Assembly: GCF_963921235.1 (NCBI RefSeq)
Contig: NC_086108.1
Coordinates: 115,756,001-115,820,000, forward strand
Reading direction: 5' to 3'
DNA: 64,000 bases
Source of the DNA: Mobula hypostoma
Lineage: Eukaryota
The position numbers and the translations under genes are program-made. The notes below the pieces were generated by a model, which did no database searches, was not told the origin of the DNA, and worked only from the letters and a program-made list of their open reading frames with translations. This document shows, one piece after another, positions 12,501 through 23,576 of the stretch (its first letter is position 1; every line of letters begins with the position of its first letter).

Positions 12501-13890
12501 TAGATGGTGAGGATAATTGATGTAGACAGAGAGATGGATCATTGATTTAGTTGGTGAGCAGGACTATTGCAGTTGGTGAGAAGGATAAACTTTGTAGATG
12601 GTGAGGAGGATTTTCAATGTAGACTGTGTGCAGAATGTTCGATGTGGATAATGATGAGGATAGTTGATGTAGATGGTAGGAGGAAGTTCGATGCAGATGG
12701 TGTAAAGAATGATCAATGATGATTGTGAAGATGATCGATGTAGATGGTGAAGAGGGTGATTATTTTAGATGATGAGGAAGATGGTCTATGATGATGTTGA
12801 TGGTGAGGGCAATGATATTTGTAGATGGTGAGGAGAATGATCAATGTTGATGATGAGGAGTACGATCGATGCAGATGGTGAGGAGGTTTATCGATGCAGA
12901 TAGTGAGAAGGATAATCTTTGTAGATAGTGAGGACGATTAACGTTGTTGATGGTGAGGGGAATGATTGATGTAAATGGTAAGGAGGATGATCATTGTTGA
13001 TGGTGAGGAAGATGGTCTATGAAGATGTTGATGGTGAGGGGAATGATATTTATAGATGGTGATGTTAATGTTGAGGAGAATGATCGATGTGGATGGTGAG
13101 GAGGATGATCATTGTAGATTGTGAGGAGTAGGAATGTTGCAGATGGTGATGTGTATGATTGATGTAAATGGTTTGGAGGATGAACACTGTAGATGGTGAA
13201 GAGGATCAACCTGGTAGATGGCAAGGAGGATGATCAATGTAGATAATGAGGAGGCCAACCATTGAAGATCATGAAGAGGATGATCACTTTAGTTTGTGAG
13301 GAGGTTGATCGATGCAGATGGTGAGAAGGACAATCATTATAAGAGGTAAGAAGGATGAATGATGTATATGTTGAGGAGGATGGTTGATGTTTATAGTGAG
13401 CAGGGTGATCGATGTAGATGGAGAGAAAGTTGATCATTGAAGATAATGTACGATCTTTATATATGAATATGGTTGATCTTTGTAGATTGTCTGGATGATG
13501 ATCTATGTTAATGTTGAATCGGATTGATGTTAATGTTGAAGAGGAAGATCGATGTCGATAGTGATGAGGATGAGCTTGCAGATGGTGAGCAGGGTCATTG
13601 ATGCAGATGATGAGCCGGATGATCATTGCAGAAGGATAAAACGAAAAATAATCGCTGTCGATCATGAGGAAGATGATCGATGTAGTTGGTGAGGATGTTG
13701 ATCGATGTAAATGCTGAGCTGGATGATCGATGCGATGGTGAGGAGCATGAACGTTGATGTGAGGGGAATGATTGTTGTAGATAGTGAGGAGGATGATGGA
13801 TGTCGATGATAAGGAGCATGATCGTGAAGATTGTGAGGAAGATATCATGTTCGTCAGCATCAACAACATATAGGTATAGATGGTGAGGGG
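6597..13890. repeat. Degenerate ~25-bp purine-rich tandem array (consensus GAGGAGGATGATCGATGTAGATGGT)
   Basis: Hundreds of diverged units with core variants ATCGATGT, ATTGATGT, ATCAATGT, ATCATTGT, AACGTTGT. Plus strand is strongly C-poor. Confidence 0.92.
8209..8531 (-). mobile_element. Short poly(A)-tailed retroposed insert of unknown origin
   Basis: T11 at 8209-8219 (minus strand reads TTAATAAAAAAAAAAA). Candidate TSD TTGATT at 8205-8210 and 8532-8537. Non-array composition. Confidence 0.65.
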
Positions 13891-14321
13891 ATTTAGAGGC
13901 AGAAGGTGGTTCTGATGGAGAATCTTGACAGACCCATTCCATCCTTTGGTTTCACCTGGGAAACTGGTATGTTTGACATCTGACTCTCCACTACATAGGG
14001 AGTAGCTGCCCAATAGTCAGCTAACTTATGCTTCCCAGGTAGCCCCAAGTTCTTCGTGAGGACTTGGTCTCCAGGCATGACCTGGGAGAACCTAACCTTT
14101 TGATCCTACCTCCTCTTATTTCCCCAAGGGAGGGTAATCGCACAGAAGCTGATTTAAAGGGTGACTCACTTTACAGCAATCCTTTACAAACCTCCGATAG
14201 TATCCACAGAATCCAAGGAATGAGCACAGGGAGCTCACAGTCTGGGGCCTTAGCCAGGTGGTCACCACCTCCATCTTAGACAGATCCATAGCTATTCCAT
14301 CTGTGAGACTATGTGCCCAAC
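13891..14321 (-). mobile_element. Ty3/Gypsy pol remnant: RT thumb joined to integrase C-terminus
   Basis: SFLGFCGYYRRFV (RT thumb, 14116-14320) and PGDQVL..HKLADYWAATPYVV (integrase C-terminal region, 13893-14078). Confidence 0.8.
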
Positions 14322-15099
14322 CTGGCACTCAACGTTAGTAAGACAAAAGAGCTGGTTGTAGACTTCAGGAAGGGTAAGATGAAGGAACACATACCAATCC
14401 TCATAGAGAGATCAGAAGTGGAGAGAGTGTGCAGTTTCGAGTTCCTGGGTGTCAAGATCTCTGAGGATTTAACCTGGTCCCAACATATCGATATAGTTAT
14501 AAAGAAGGCAAGACGGCAGCTATACTTCATTAGGAGTTTTAAGAGATTTGGTACGTCAACAAATACACTCAAGAACTTCTGTGGATGTACTGTGGAGAGC
14601 ATTCTGACAGGCTGCATCACTGTCTGGTATGGGGGGGGGGTACTACACAGGACCGAAAAAAGCTGCAGAAGTTTGTAAATTTAGTTGGCTCCATCTTGGG
14701 TACTAGCCTACAAAGTACCCAGGATACTTCAGGGAGCAGTGTCTCAGAAAGGCAGCATCCATTATTAAGGACCTCCAGCACCCAGGACATGCCCGTTTCT
14801 CACTGTTACCATCGGGTAGGAGGTACAGAAGACTGAAGGCACACACTCAGCGATTCAGGAACAGCTTCTTCCCCTCTGCCATCCAATTCCTAAATGGACA
14901 TTGAACCAGTGAACACTACCTCACTTTTTAAATATATATTATTTCTGTTTTTACACGATTTTTAATCTATTCAATATACATGTACTGTTATTTATTTATT
15001 TATTTATTTTTATTATTATGTATTGCACTGAACTGCTGCTGCTAAGTTAACGGATTTCATGACACATGCCGGTAATAGTAAACCCAATTCTGATTCTGA
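14319..15099 (+). mobile_element. Rex1/Babar-like LINE 3' fragment inserted in Gypsy RT
   Basis: LNVSKTKELVVDFRK, FEFLGV, ESILTGCITVWYG; (TATT)n 3' UTR; tail ATTCTGATTCTGA. Confidence 0.85.
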
Positions 15100-15770
15100 C
15101 AGATGTCTTACAGAACTGGCACTTGTCCAGGGAAAGTTTTAACCCTTCAGCTTTTAGGCGGCCCAGCATCTTCAGTAGCCTCATTTCATGTTCCTCCAAG
15201 GTGGACCCAAACACTATGAAGTCATCCAGGTACACCAGTACCTCAAGCAAGTTCATATGCCCAACCATTTTCTCCATGATGCGCTGGAAGTTCGTAGGGG
15301 CTCCTGATACTCCTTTTGAACTGGAAGAATCCCAGTGGACATATAAATACAGTCTTCTCTCTGTCAGCCTCACTCATGGGTATTTGGTAATACCTACTTC
15401 TTAAATCCAGTACACTGAACCACTTCGCACCACTCAGATAGGCCAGCGCATCTTCGATCTCCGGGACCGTATACTAGTTAGGGACGGTACACCTGTTCAG
15501 AGTCCTATAGTCCACATACATCCGTACCTTCCCATTCTTCTTTCAGGCCACTACTATTGGGGATGCCTAGGGGCTTCGGGACTCGGTGATGATCCCAGCT
15601 TCCTTCAGCTTCCACAGATGCTGCCAAATGTCTTCCACCTGTGCAGGCACCAGTCCCTGCGAGCTTTCTCTGAACACGGTGTTCTCGGTCACCCGGATAG
15701 AGTGGAAAGTGATCTTGGAACAACCACATCAAACTCGTCAGTAGAAAAGACATCTAACTCCCTGAACTCC
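15096..15770 (-). mobile_element. Ty3/Gypsy reverse transcriptase remnant
   Basis: [46 protein letters not shown], with stops and frameshifts. Confidence 0.88.
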
Positions 15771-15774
15771 CTAT

Positions 15775-16790
15775 GCAGAATAAATAAATAAGTAAATCGT
15801 TTACCATATATGTATATTAAATAGATTAAAAATCATGCAAAAAGCAGAAATAATATATATTTAAAAAGTGAGGTAATGTTCACTGGTTCAATGTCCATTT
15901 AGGAATCGGATGGCAGAGGGGAAGAAGCTGTTCCTGAATCGCTGAGTGTGTGCCTTCAGGCTTCTGTACCTCTTACCTGATGGTAACAGTGAGAAACGGG
16001 CATCTCAGGGTGCTGGAGGCCGTAAATAATGGATGCTGCCTTTCTGAGACACTGCTCCCTAAAGATGTCCTGGGTACTTTGTAGGCTAGTGCCCAACATG
16101 GACTAAATTTACATACTTCTGCAGCTTCTTTGGGTCCTGTGCAGTAGACCCCATACCAGGCAGTGATGCAGCCTGTCAGAATGCTCTCCATGGTATATCT
16201 TTAGAAGTTTTGAGTGTATTTGTTGACATACCAAATCTCTTCAAACTCCTAATGAAGTATAGTCACTGTCTTGCCTTCTTTATAACTGCATCAATATATT
16301 GGGACCAGGTTAGATCCTCAGATCTTGACACCCAGGAACTTGAAACTGCTCACTCTCTCCGATTCTGATCCCTTTATGAGGATTGGTATGTGTTCCTTCA
16401 TCTTACCCTTCCTGAAGTCCACAATCAGCTCTTTCGTCTTACTGATGTTGAGTGCCAGGCTGTTGCTGCGGCACCACTCAACTCGTTGGCATATCTCACT
16501 CCTGTACACCCTCTCGTCACCACCTGAGATTCTACCAACAATGGTTGTATCATCAACAAATTTATAGATGGTATTTGAGCTATGCCTAGCCACATAGTCA
16601 TGTGTATATAGAGAGTAGAGCAGTGGGCTAAGCACACACCCCTGAGGCGCACCAGTGTTGATCATTAGCGAGGAAGATATGTTATCACCAATCTGCACAG
16701 ATTGTTGTCTTCCAGTTAGGAAGTTGAAGATCCAATTGCAGAGAGAGGTACAGAAGTCCAGGTTCCGTAACTTCTCAGTCAGGGTTGTGT
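15775..16790 (-). mobile_element. Rex1/Babar-like LINE 3' part (same family as 14319-15099), opposite orientation
   Basis: [40 protein letters not shown]; 3' UTR matches the reverse complement of ~14880-15000. Confidence 0.88.
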
Positions 16791-17597
16791 GAAGGGAAGG
16801 AAAAACTACCTGGAGCTTTTTTTTTGCTTTCTCTGACTGAATCCTCTCTTTGCTGAGTCCTTGAGATCACCACTCTGAATCTGTCCAGTTACACCTCTCT
16901 TCCTTTGATTTGCTTTTGCTAATCAATCTAAGATGCCAATTAGTCACTGGTCAGGGCTCAATTACACTGCTGCGATCTGCCATTGCCTTTTTCTACTCAG
17001 TCAGTGGACTGGATTGAAATCCCCTCCTCTCAAACTCCTGATTTCTGGATTTGTTGCTGGTCAAAGCTCAATCCTGTCTCTGATGCTGATGACATAACCC
17101 AGTGGTGGTTTGGATTGAAGGGTTTTGCATGTAGACCTTGTGCGAAGCGGAGAGCTTATTTGGAGTTGCTTTTTGTCAGGAGCACGTCTCCATGGTTCAC
17201 CCTCCCTGCTCCCTCTTTGCCAGCCACCTTTCAGAAGAGTTTGTCCTTGCCAACCCTGAAAGCCAAGCGGCCCAAGGACCAATGTATCTGGGATATATAT
17301 CAACCAGGTTTTATTCAAGGTTGAAGTAGACTTTCCTGAAATCTATTGGCATGATCACAGCTTAAAGCCTTGTCTGTCTGTTCTGATAAGCGAAGCATGG
17401 TGGAACTGCGTCAGAAAGAGAGGGTCACTCTGAGTGCTGACCATGGAGACTCAGTTAAGCACAGACACACTCGACCATCTTTCTCTGGATCTCTCGAAGA
17501 GAGCATTCTTCTTTAGTGTTTAGAGACAATGGATAGGCTGGGTTTGTTTCCATCAGAAAGGAGGGGGCTGTGGAGATGTTTCCAGCTGAGGGGTGTC

Positions 17598-17913
17598 ATC
17601 AAGTTCAAGTTCAAGTTTATTGTCATTTAACTGTATATCCATACCTATGTACACCCCCAAACGAAACAACGTTCCTCTGGACCAGGGTGCACAACACAGT
17701 ATATATAACTCACTCACAGCACATAAAGTAATATTACCACAAATAAATTAACAAATAATCTGCATTTATGACACATTTATAATGCCACTGGTGCTTCATA
17801 CATGATGAGACCTCGGTGGAGTCAGGGAGTTCAGTAATCTCATGGCCTAGGGAAAGAAGCTGTTCCCATCTTAACAATCCTTGCCCTTGTGTTACAATAC
17901 GTCCTGCCTGGTG
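17598..17913 (-). mobile_element. Old Rex1/L2-like LINE 3' end
   Basis: Minus strand reads NSFFP..RLLN-like C-terminus, then AATAAA and (ACTTGA)n tail. Confidence 0.6.
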
Positions 17914-18472
17914 GTTGGCTGGACTTTCCCTATTGCAGTTGTGAAAGTACCCTGAGGTTTAAGCAGATTTGAGAGGAATTTTCCCCGCCAGAGGAGTACA
18001 CTAACTGAAAAGATGGTGAAGTCAGAGACTCTCACAATTTCTGGGTGAGGTGCTGGAGGATTGGATTTCAGCCAATGTTGTTCTGTTGTTCAAGAAAAAC
18101 TCTAAGAGTAAACCGGAGAATTATAGGTTTGTGAACCTAATGTCAGTCGTGGGTAAATTATTGAAGGGTGTTTTAAGAGACTAGATATACGAGTATTTGT
18201 ATAAACAGGGACTGATTAAGGGTAGTCAACATGGCTTTGTGCATGGTGGGTCATGTCTAAACAATCTCCTATAGAGTTCTTCAAGAAAGTTACCAAGGAA
18301 GTTGATGAGGGAAAGGAATATTGTCGACATGGCCATGGGAGGTAAGTCAAGAAGGTTCAGCCCTTGGCATTCAGGATGTTGTAGTAAATTGGATTTAATA
18401 CTGGCTTAATGGGAGAAGCCAGGGAGTGGTAGTAGACACTTGCTGTGACTAGTAAGGACTGGTGCTGGGTCC

Positions 18473-19060
18473 ATGACAACATATCAGATCACGGCCTCCT
18501 CTACTGTTGCGATGAGACCACCCTCAGGGTGGAGGAGCAACGACCTTATATTCTGTCTGGATAGCCTCCAACCTGATGGCATGAACATCAATTTCTCAAA
18601 CTTCTGGTAATGGCCCCCCGGCCCCACAACTTCACCATTCATCATTGTCCTTTCCCTCTCCCTCTCCCTCCTTGTCTCCTTGCCTGCCCATCACCTCCCT
18701 CTGGTGCTTCTCCACCCTCTTCTTTCTTCTGTGGCCTTCTGTCCTCTCCTATCAGATTCCCCCTTCTCCAGCCCTGTATCTTTTTCACCGATCAACTTCC
18801 CAGCTCTTGATTTCACCCCCCGCCCCTGGTTTCACCTATCACCTTGTGTTTCTCCCTCTCTTCCCCTCCCCCTAGCTCTGACTCCTCATCTTTTTTCTCT
18901 CCAGACCTGATGAAGGGTCTCGGCCCAAAATGTCCACTGTACTCTTTTCCACAGATGTTGTCTGGCCTGCTGAGTCACTCCAGCATTGTGTGTGTGTGTG
19001 TGTGTGTGTATTGCTTGGATTTCCAGCATCTGCAGATTTTCTCTTGTTGGTGTTGTGTCT
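18473..19060 (+). mobile_element. Penelope-like element 3' fragment (GIY-YIG C-terminus, pyrimidine tract, terminal region)
   Basis: HGLLYC.DETTLRVEEQ / LIFCL.SLQPDGMNINFSNF* resembles the PLE endonuclease C-terminus (E..I..L..L.P.G.N). Followed by a CT-rich tract, a hammerhead-like core and (TG)n. Confidence 0.7.
18902..18939 (+). ncRNA. Degenerate minimal type-I hammerhead ribozyme motif (probably inactive)
   Basis: CAGAC-CTGATGA-A-GGGTCTCGGCCC-AAAA-TGTC-CACTG. CUGAUGA box and stem II (GGG/CCC) intact; GAAA box reads AAAA; stem I partly mismatched. Confidence 0.6.
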
Positions 19061-20028
19061 GTTGTTGTTTGTCATCTACATCAATAATCTGGATCAGCAA
19101 ATTTGTGGATGACGCCAAGGTAGGAAGTGGACAGCAAGGACGACTACAAAAGGTTGCAGGGGGATCTGGATCAGGAGGGAAAGTGGGCTGAAAGCTGACA
19201 AGTGGAGTTTAATGCAGACAAGTGTGAGGTGTTGCACTTTGGAGAGTAAGTCAGGGTAGGACTTACCAGTGAATAGTATGGCTGGGCTGTGTGGTACAAC
19301 AAAGGGATCTGGAAATACAGATCCATCATTTCTTGAAGGTAGATGGAGTTGTAAAGAGTGCTTTAGCAACAGTGATTTTCATAAATCAGTACTGAGAATA
19401 GGAGTCGGGATGTTACTTTGAAGTTGTATAAGATGTTGGTGAGGCTAAATTTAGAGTATTGTCTGTAGTTCCGGTCACCTACCTACAGGAAACATATGAA
19501 TAAGATTGAAAGAGTGCAGAAAAAATTTGAAAGGATGTTGCTAGGTTTTGAGTTCCTGAGTTATAGGGAAAGGTGGAATAGGTTAAGACTTTATTTCCTA
19601 GAATGTAAAGGAATGGGGTGAGATTTGACAGATATATGACATTGTACAGAAGGTAATTGCAAACCAGCTTTTTCCACTAAGGTTGAGTGAGGTGAGAACT
19701 AAGGAAAGGTGAAATATTTAAACTTCACTCAGAGGGTGGTGAGAGTGTGAAACGAGCTGCCCGCACGTGTTGGATGCAGGTTTCATTTCAACATTTAATA
19801 GAAATTTGAATAGGTACATGGATGGGAGGGGAATGGAGGGCTTCTTCCAGGTCCCGGTTGATAGCACTAGACTGAAAACCAGGCTGGTAAGCTCTAGATG
19901 GGCCAAAGGGCCTGTTTCTGAGCTGTAGTGCTCTAAGACTCTCTTTCTAGACCAGCACATGAATCATCAAAGCTGAGGAGGGTATGGACAAACTTCACCT
20001 CCTTCAGCAACCCCTCACTTAGTGTGCT

Positions 20029-21960
20029 CAATAGACAATAATAGACAATAGGTGCAGGAGTAGGCCATTCGGCCCTTCAAGCCAGCACCGCCATTCACTG
20101 TGATCATGGCTGATCATCCACAATCAGTATCCAGTTCCTGCCTTATCCCCATAACCTTTGATTCCACTATCTTTAAGAGCTCTATCCATCTCTTTTTTGA
20201 AAGCATAGATAGAACATAGAATAGTACAGCACAGTACAGGCCCTTCGGCCCACAATTTTGTGCCAACCCTCAAACCCTGCCTCCCATATAAGCCCCCACC
20301 TTACATTCCTCCATATACCTGTCTAATACGCTCTTAAACTTCACTAGTGTATCTGCCTCCACCACTGACTCAGGCAGTGCATTCCACGCACCAACCACTC
20401 TCTGAGTAAAAAACCTTCCTGTAATATCCCCCTTGAACTTCCCACCCCTTACCTTAAAGCCATGTCCTCTTGTATTGAGCAGTGCTGCCCTGGGGAAGAG
20501 GCGCTGGCTATCCACTCCATCTATTCCTCTTATTATCTTGTACACCTCTATCATGTCTCCTCTCATCCTCCTTCTCTCCAAAGAGTAAAGCCCTAGCTCC
20601 CTTAATCTCTGATCATAATGCATACTTTCTAAACCAGGCAGCATCCTGGTAAATCTCCTCTGTACCCTTTCCAATTCCACATCTTTCCTATAGTGAGGTG
20701 ACCAGAACTGGACACAGTACTCCAAGTGTGGCCTAACCAGAGTTTTGTAGAGCTGCATCATTACATCGCGACTCTTAAACTCTATTCCTTGACTTATGAA
20801 AGCTAACACCCCATTAGCTTTCTTAACTACCCTATCCACCTGTGAGGCAACTTTCAGGGATCTGTGGACACGTACCCTGAGATCCCTCTGCTCCTCCACA
20901 CTACCAAGTATCCTGCCATTTACTTTGTACTCTGCCTTGGAGTTTGTCCTTCCAAAGTGTACCACCTCACACTTTTCCGGGTTGAACTCCATCTGCCACT
21001 TCTCAGCCCACTTCTGCATCCTATCAATGTCTCTCTGCAATCTTTGACAATCCTCTACACTAGCTACACCAACCTTTGTGTCATCTGCAAACTTGCCAAC
21101 CCACCCTTCTACCCCCACATCCAGGTCGTTAATAAAAATCACGAAAAGTAGAGGTCCCAGAACAGATCCTTGTGGGACACCACTAGTCACAATCCTCCAA
21201 TCTGAATGTACTCCCTCCACCACCACTCTCTGCCTTCTGCAGGCAAGCCAATTCTGAATCCACCTGGCCAAACTTCCCTGGATCCCATGCCTTCTAACTT
21301 TCTGAATAAGCCTACCGTGTGGAACCTTGTCAAATGCCTTACTAAAATCCATATAGATCACATCCACTGCACTACCCTCATCTATATGCCTGGTCACCTC
21401 CTCAAAGAACTCTATCAGGCTTGTTAGACACGATCTGCCCAGAGACTTGGCCTCCACAGGCTTCTGGGGAAGAGCATTCCATATATCCACCACTCTCTGG
21501 GTGAAAAAGTTTTTCCTCAACTCCGTTCTAAATGGCCTACCCCCAATTCTTAAACTGTGGCCTCTGGCTCTGGACTCACCCATCAGCAGGAACATGCTTC
21601 GTGCCTCCTGCGTGTCCAATCCCTTAATAATCTTATATGTTTCATATAAGATTCCCTCTCAGCCTTCTAAATTCCAGAGTATACAAGCCCAGTCACTCCA
21701 ATCTCTCAACATATGACAGTCCCGCCATCCCGGGATTTAACCTTGTGAACCCACGCTGCACTCCCTCAATAGCAAGAGTGTCCTTCCTCAAATTTGGAGA
21801 CCAAAACTGCACACAGTACTCCAGGTGTGGTCTCACCAGGGCCCTGTACAGCTGCAGAAGGACCTCTTTGCTCTTAATTCCCCTTGTTATGAAGGCCAGA
21901 AGGCTATTAGCTTTCTTCACTGCCTGCTGTACCTGCATGCTTGCTTTCAGTGACTGATGT
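20029..21960 (-). mobile_element. CR1 3' part (subfamily 'C'), interrupted at 20207-21438
   Basis: LVRPHLEYCVQFWSP, RGHSLRI..WNALP; (CTATTGT)n tail at ~20029-20050. Host GAAAGCAT|CCAGAGAC rejoins. Confidence 0.88.
20207..21438 (-). mobile_element. CR1 subfamily B 3' part nested in subfamily C copy
   Basis: Very similar to the reverse complement of ~5352-6596; QGSVLGP, FADD; tail TATTCTATGTTCTAT. Confidence 0.92.
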
Positions 21961-22129
21961 CACTGCACCTCTCCTCCCACATCCCACACCCCAGCACCAT
22001 CTCTTGCACCCTGTAGCTTGGACCTGTCCTTACGTGACTTCCCTCAAGGCTGCTCCTGCTCTCAACAAGACTAAGGCTGGTCTACCATTTTACCCCCTAC
22101 ACCTCCTCTGTCTGTGCTATGAATGAACT

Positions 22130-22563
22130 CTAGGTTAAAGCAGTATTAAAATATTATGCTCATTTCCGGTTACTGCCTTATAGGAAGGATATGGAAGTTA
22201 CAGAGAGGGTGGAGAGGAGATTTACCAGGATGCTGCCTGGATTAGAGATCGTGTCTTCTGAGGACTGGTGAATGAGCTGGGGCTTTCTCCCTTTAGAGCG
22301 AAGGAGAATGAGAACTGACTTGATAGAGGTTCATAGGAGACATAGGTAGGGTTGACAACCACAGACTTTCCCTAATGCAGGGGATATAACTAAGCAATTG
22401 CAAGAAAGAATGGGGGGAGTGTCAGAGGTAGGTTTCTTTACACTGAGAGTGGTGAGTGCGTGGAACACTCTTACATTAGATTCATATAGAAGTAGGTTAA
22501 AGGTTGGCGCAACTTTGTGTACTGAATGGTGTATACTGTGCTGTAATGTCCTGTGTTCTGTAA
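22130..22563 (+). mobile_element. Decayed CR1 3' fragment
   Basis: YRKD..ERV.RRFTRMLPGLE-like and RVVSAWN-like remnants; CR1-type tail. Confidence 0.7.
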
Positions 22564-23270
22564 GGAAGGCACGGTGGCACAATAGGTAGAACCACTGCCT
22601 TACAAATCCAGAGACATGAGTTTGAACCTGATCACCTGCTCTGTCCATGTGGAGTTTGCACATTCTTCCTGTGACTAGTTCTCTCCCACAGCCCAAAGGC
22701 ATTCTGGTAGATGGGTTAATTGGTCATTGTAAATTGTAACCAGAGTACAAACTACCCAGAACATCTTGGGGGAGCAGTGTCTCAGAAAGGCAGCGTCCAT
22801 TATCAAGGACCTCCAGCACCCAGGACATGCCCTTTTCTCACTGTTACCATCAGGTAGGAGGTACAGAAGCCTGAAGGCACACACTCAGCGATTCAGGAAC
22901 AGCTTCTTCCCCTCCACCATGCGATTCCTAAATGGACATTGAACCCTTGGACACTACCTCACTGTTTTTAATATACAGTATTTCTGCTTTTGGCATGTTT
23001 TTAAATCTATTCTATATGTGTATACTGTAATTTATTTACTTATTATTATATTTCTATATTTCTCTTCTACATTATGTATTGCATTGAACGGCTGCTGCTA
23101 AGTTACAAATTTCATGTCACATGCCGGTGATAAGAACACAGATTCTGGTTCTGAGTGTGGGTGAGAGGAGTAGATGGGAATGTGGGGAGAATGGAACAGG
23201 ATGATGGTAGGATTGGTGTCCATGGGTGGCTGATTGTCAGCATGGACTCAGTGGGCTAAAGTATCAACTA
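22564..23270 (+). mobile_element. tRNA-derived V-SINE (HE1-like), split by Rex1-like insertion
   Basis: A box-like TGGCACAATAGG, B box-like GAGTTTGAACC, V-core-like TGTGGAGTTTGCACATTCT. 3' part resumes after 23154 and ends ..GCATGGACTCAGTGGGCTAAAG. Confidence 0.7.
22740..23154 (+). mobile_element. Rex1/Babar-like 3' end (third copy of the family at 14319 and 15775)
   Basis: Matches ~14710-15099; tail GATTCTGGTTCTGA. Confidence 0.88.
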
Positions 23271-23576
23271 TGCAAAAATATGTGTCTATGACAGCAGGTC
23301 AGAGGCTGGGGTTCCTTAATTACTGACCCACCTCCAAGCAACATCTTCCTGGTTCCACACACTCAGGGCAACCAACACCATCTGGGAGAGAGCAGTTCCT
23401 CCACCCACTAAACGCTCACTCCCTCCATTGCCGGGGTGGCTGCAGGGGACACAGTCTATACAATGCACTCACTCAATCAAGCTGCTCCAACAGACTCTCC
23501 GCAGCAACATCTCTCTCACTGAGGGCAGCGGCTGCTGGTGACCTCACTCCCATTGAGAGCAGTGGGTGGTGATAAC

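Larger units (their letters stand above)
18050..19942 (+). mobile_element. Highly decayed CR1 LINE RT/3' end, interrupted by Penelope-like fragment
   Basis: EDW..ANV..LFKK, NYR, QHGF; VLGP rejoins LFVIYIN across the insert; KFVDD; CR1-type tail GGGCCAAAGGGCCTGTTTC. Confidence 0.8.

Noticed and set aside
6597..14013. Ser/Ile/His-rich minus-strand ORFs, or an acidic Asp/Glu protein on the plus strand
   Set aside because: The 25-bp unit is not a multiple of 3 and the plus strand is full of TGA/TAG; these ORFs are repeat artefacts.
16983..17329. 113-aa and 85-aa ORFs as a host exon or gene
   Set aside because: No recognisable domain, non-ATG starts and no convincing splice-site pair.
22564..22640. 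tRNA gene
   Set aside because: Only degenerate A/B boxes followed by a SINE core; no cloverleaf, so it is a SINE head.
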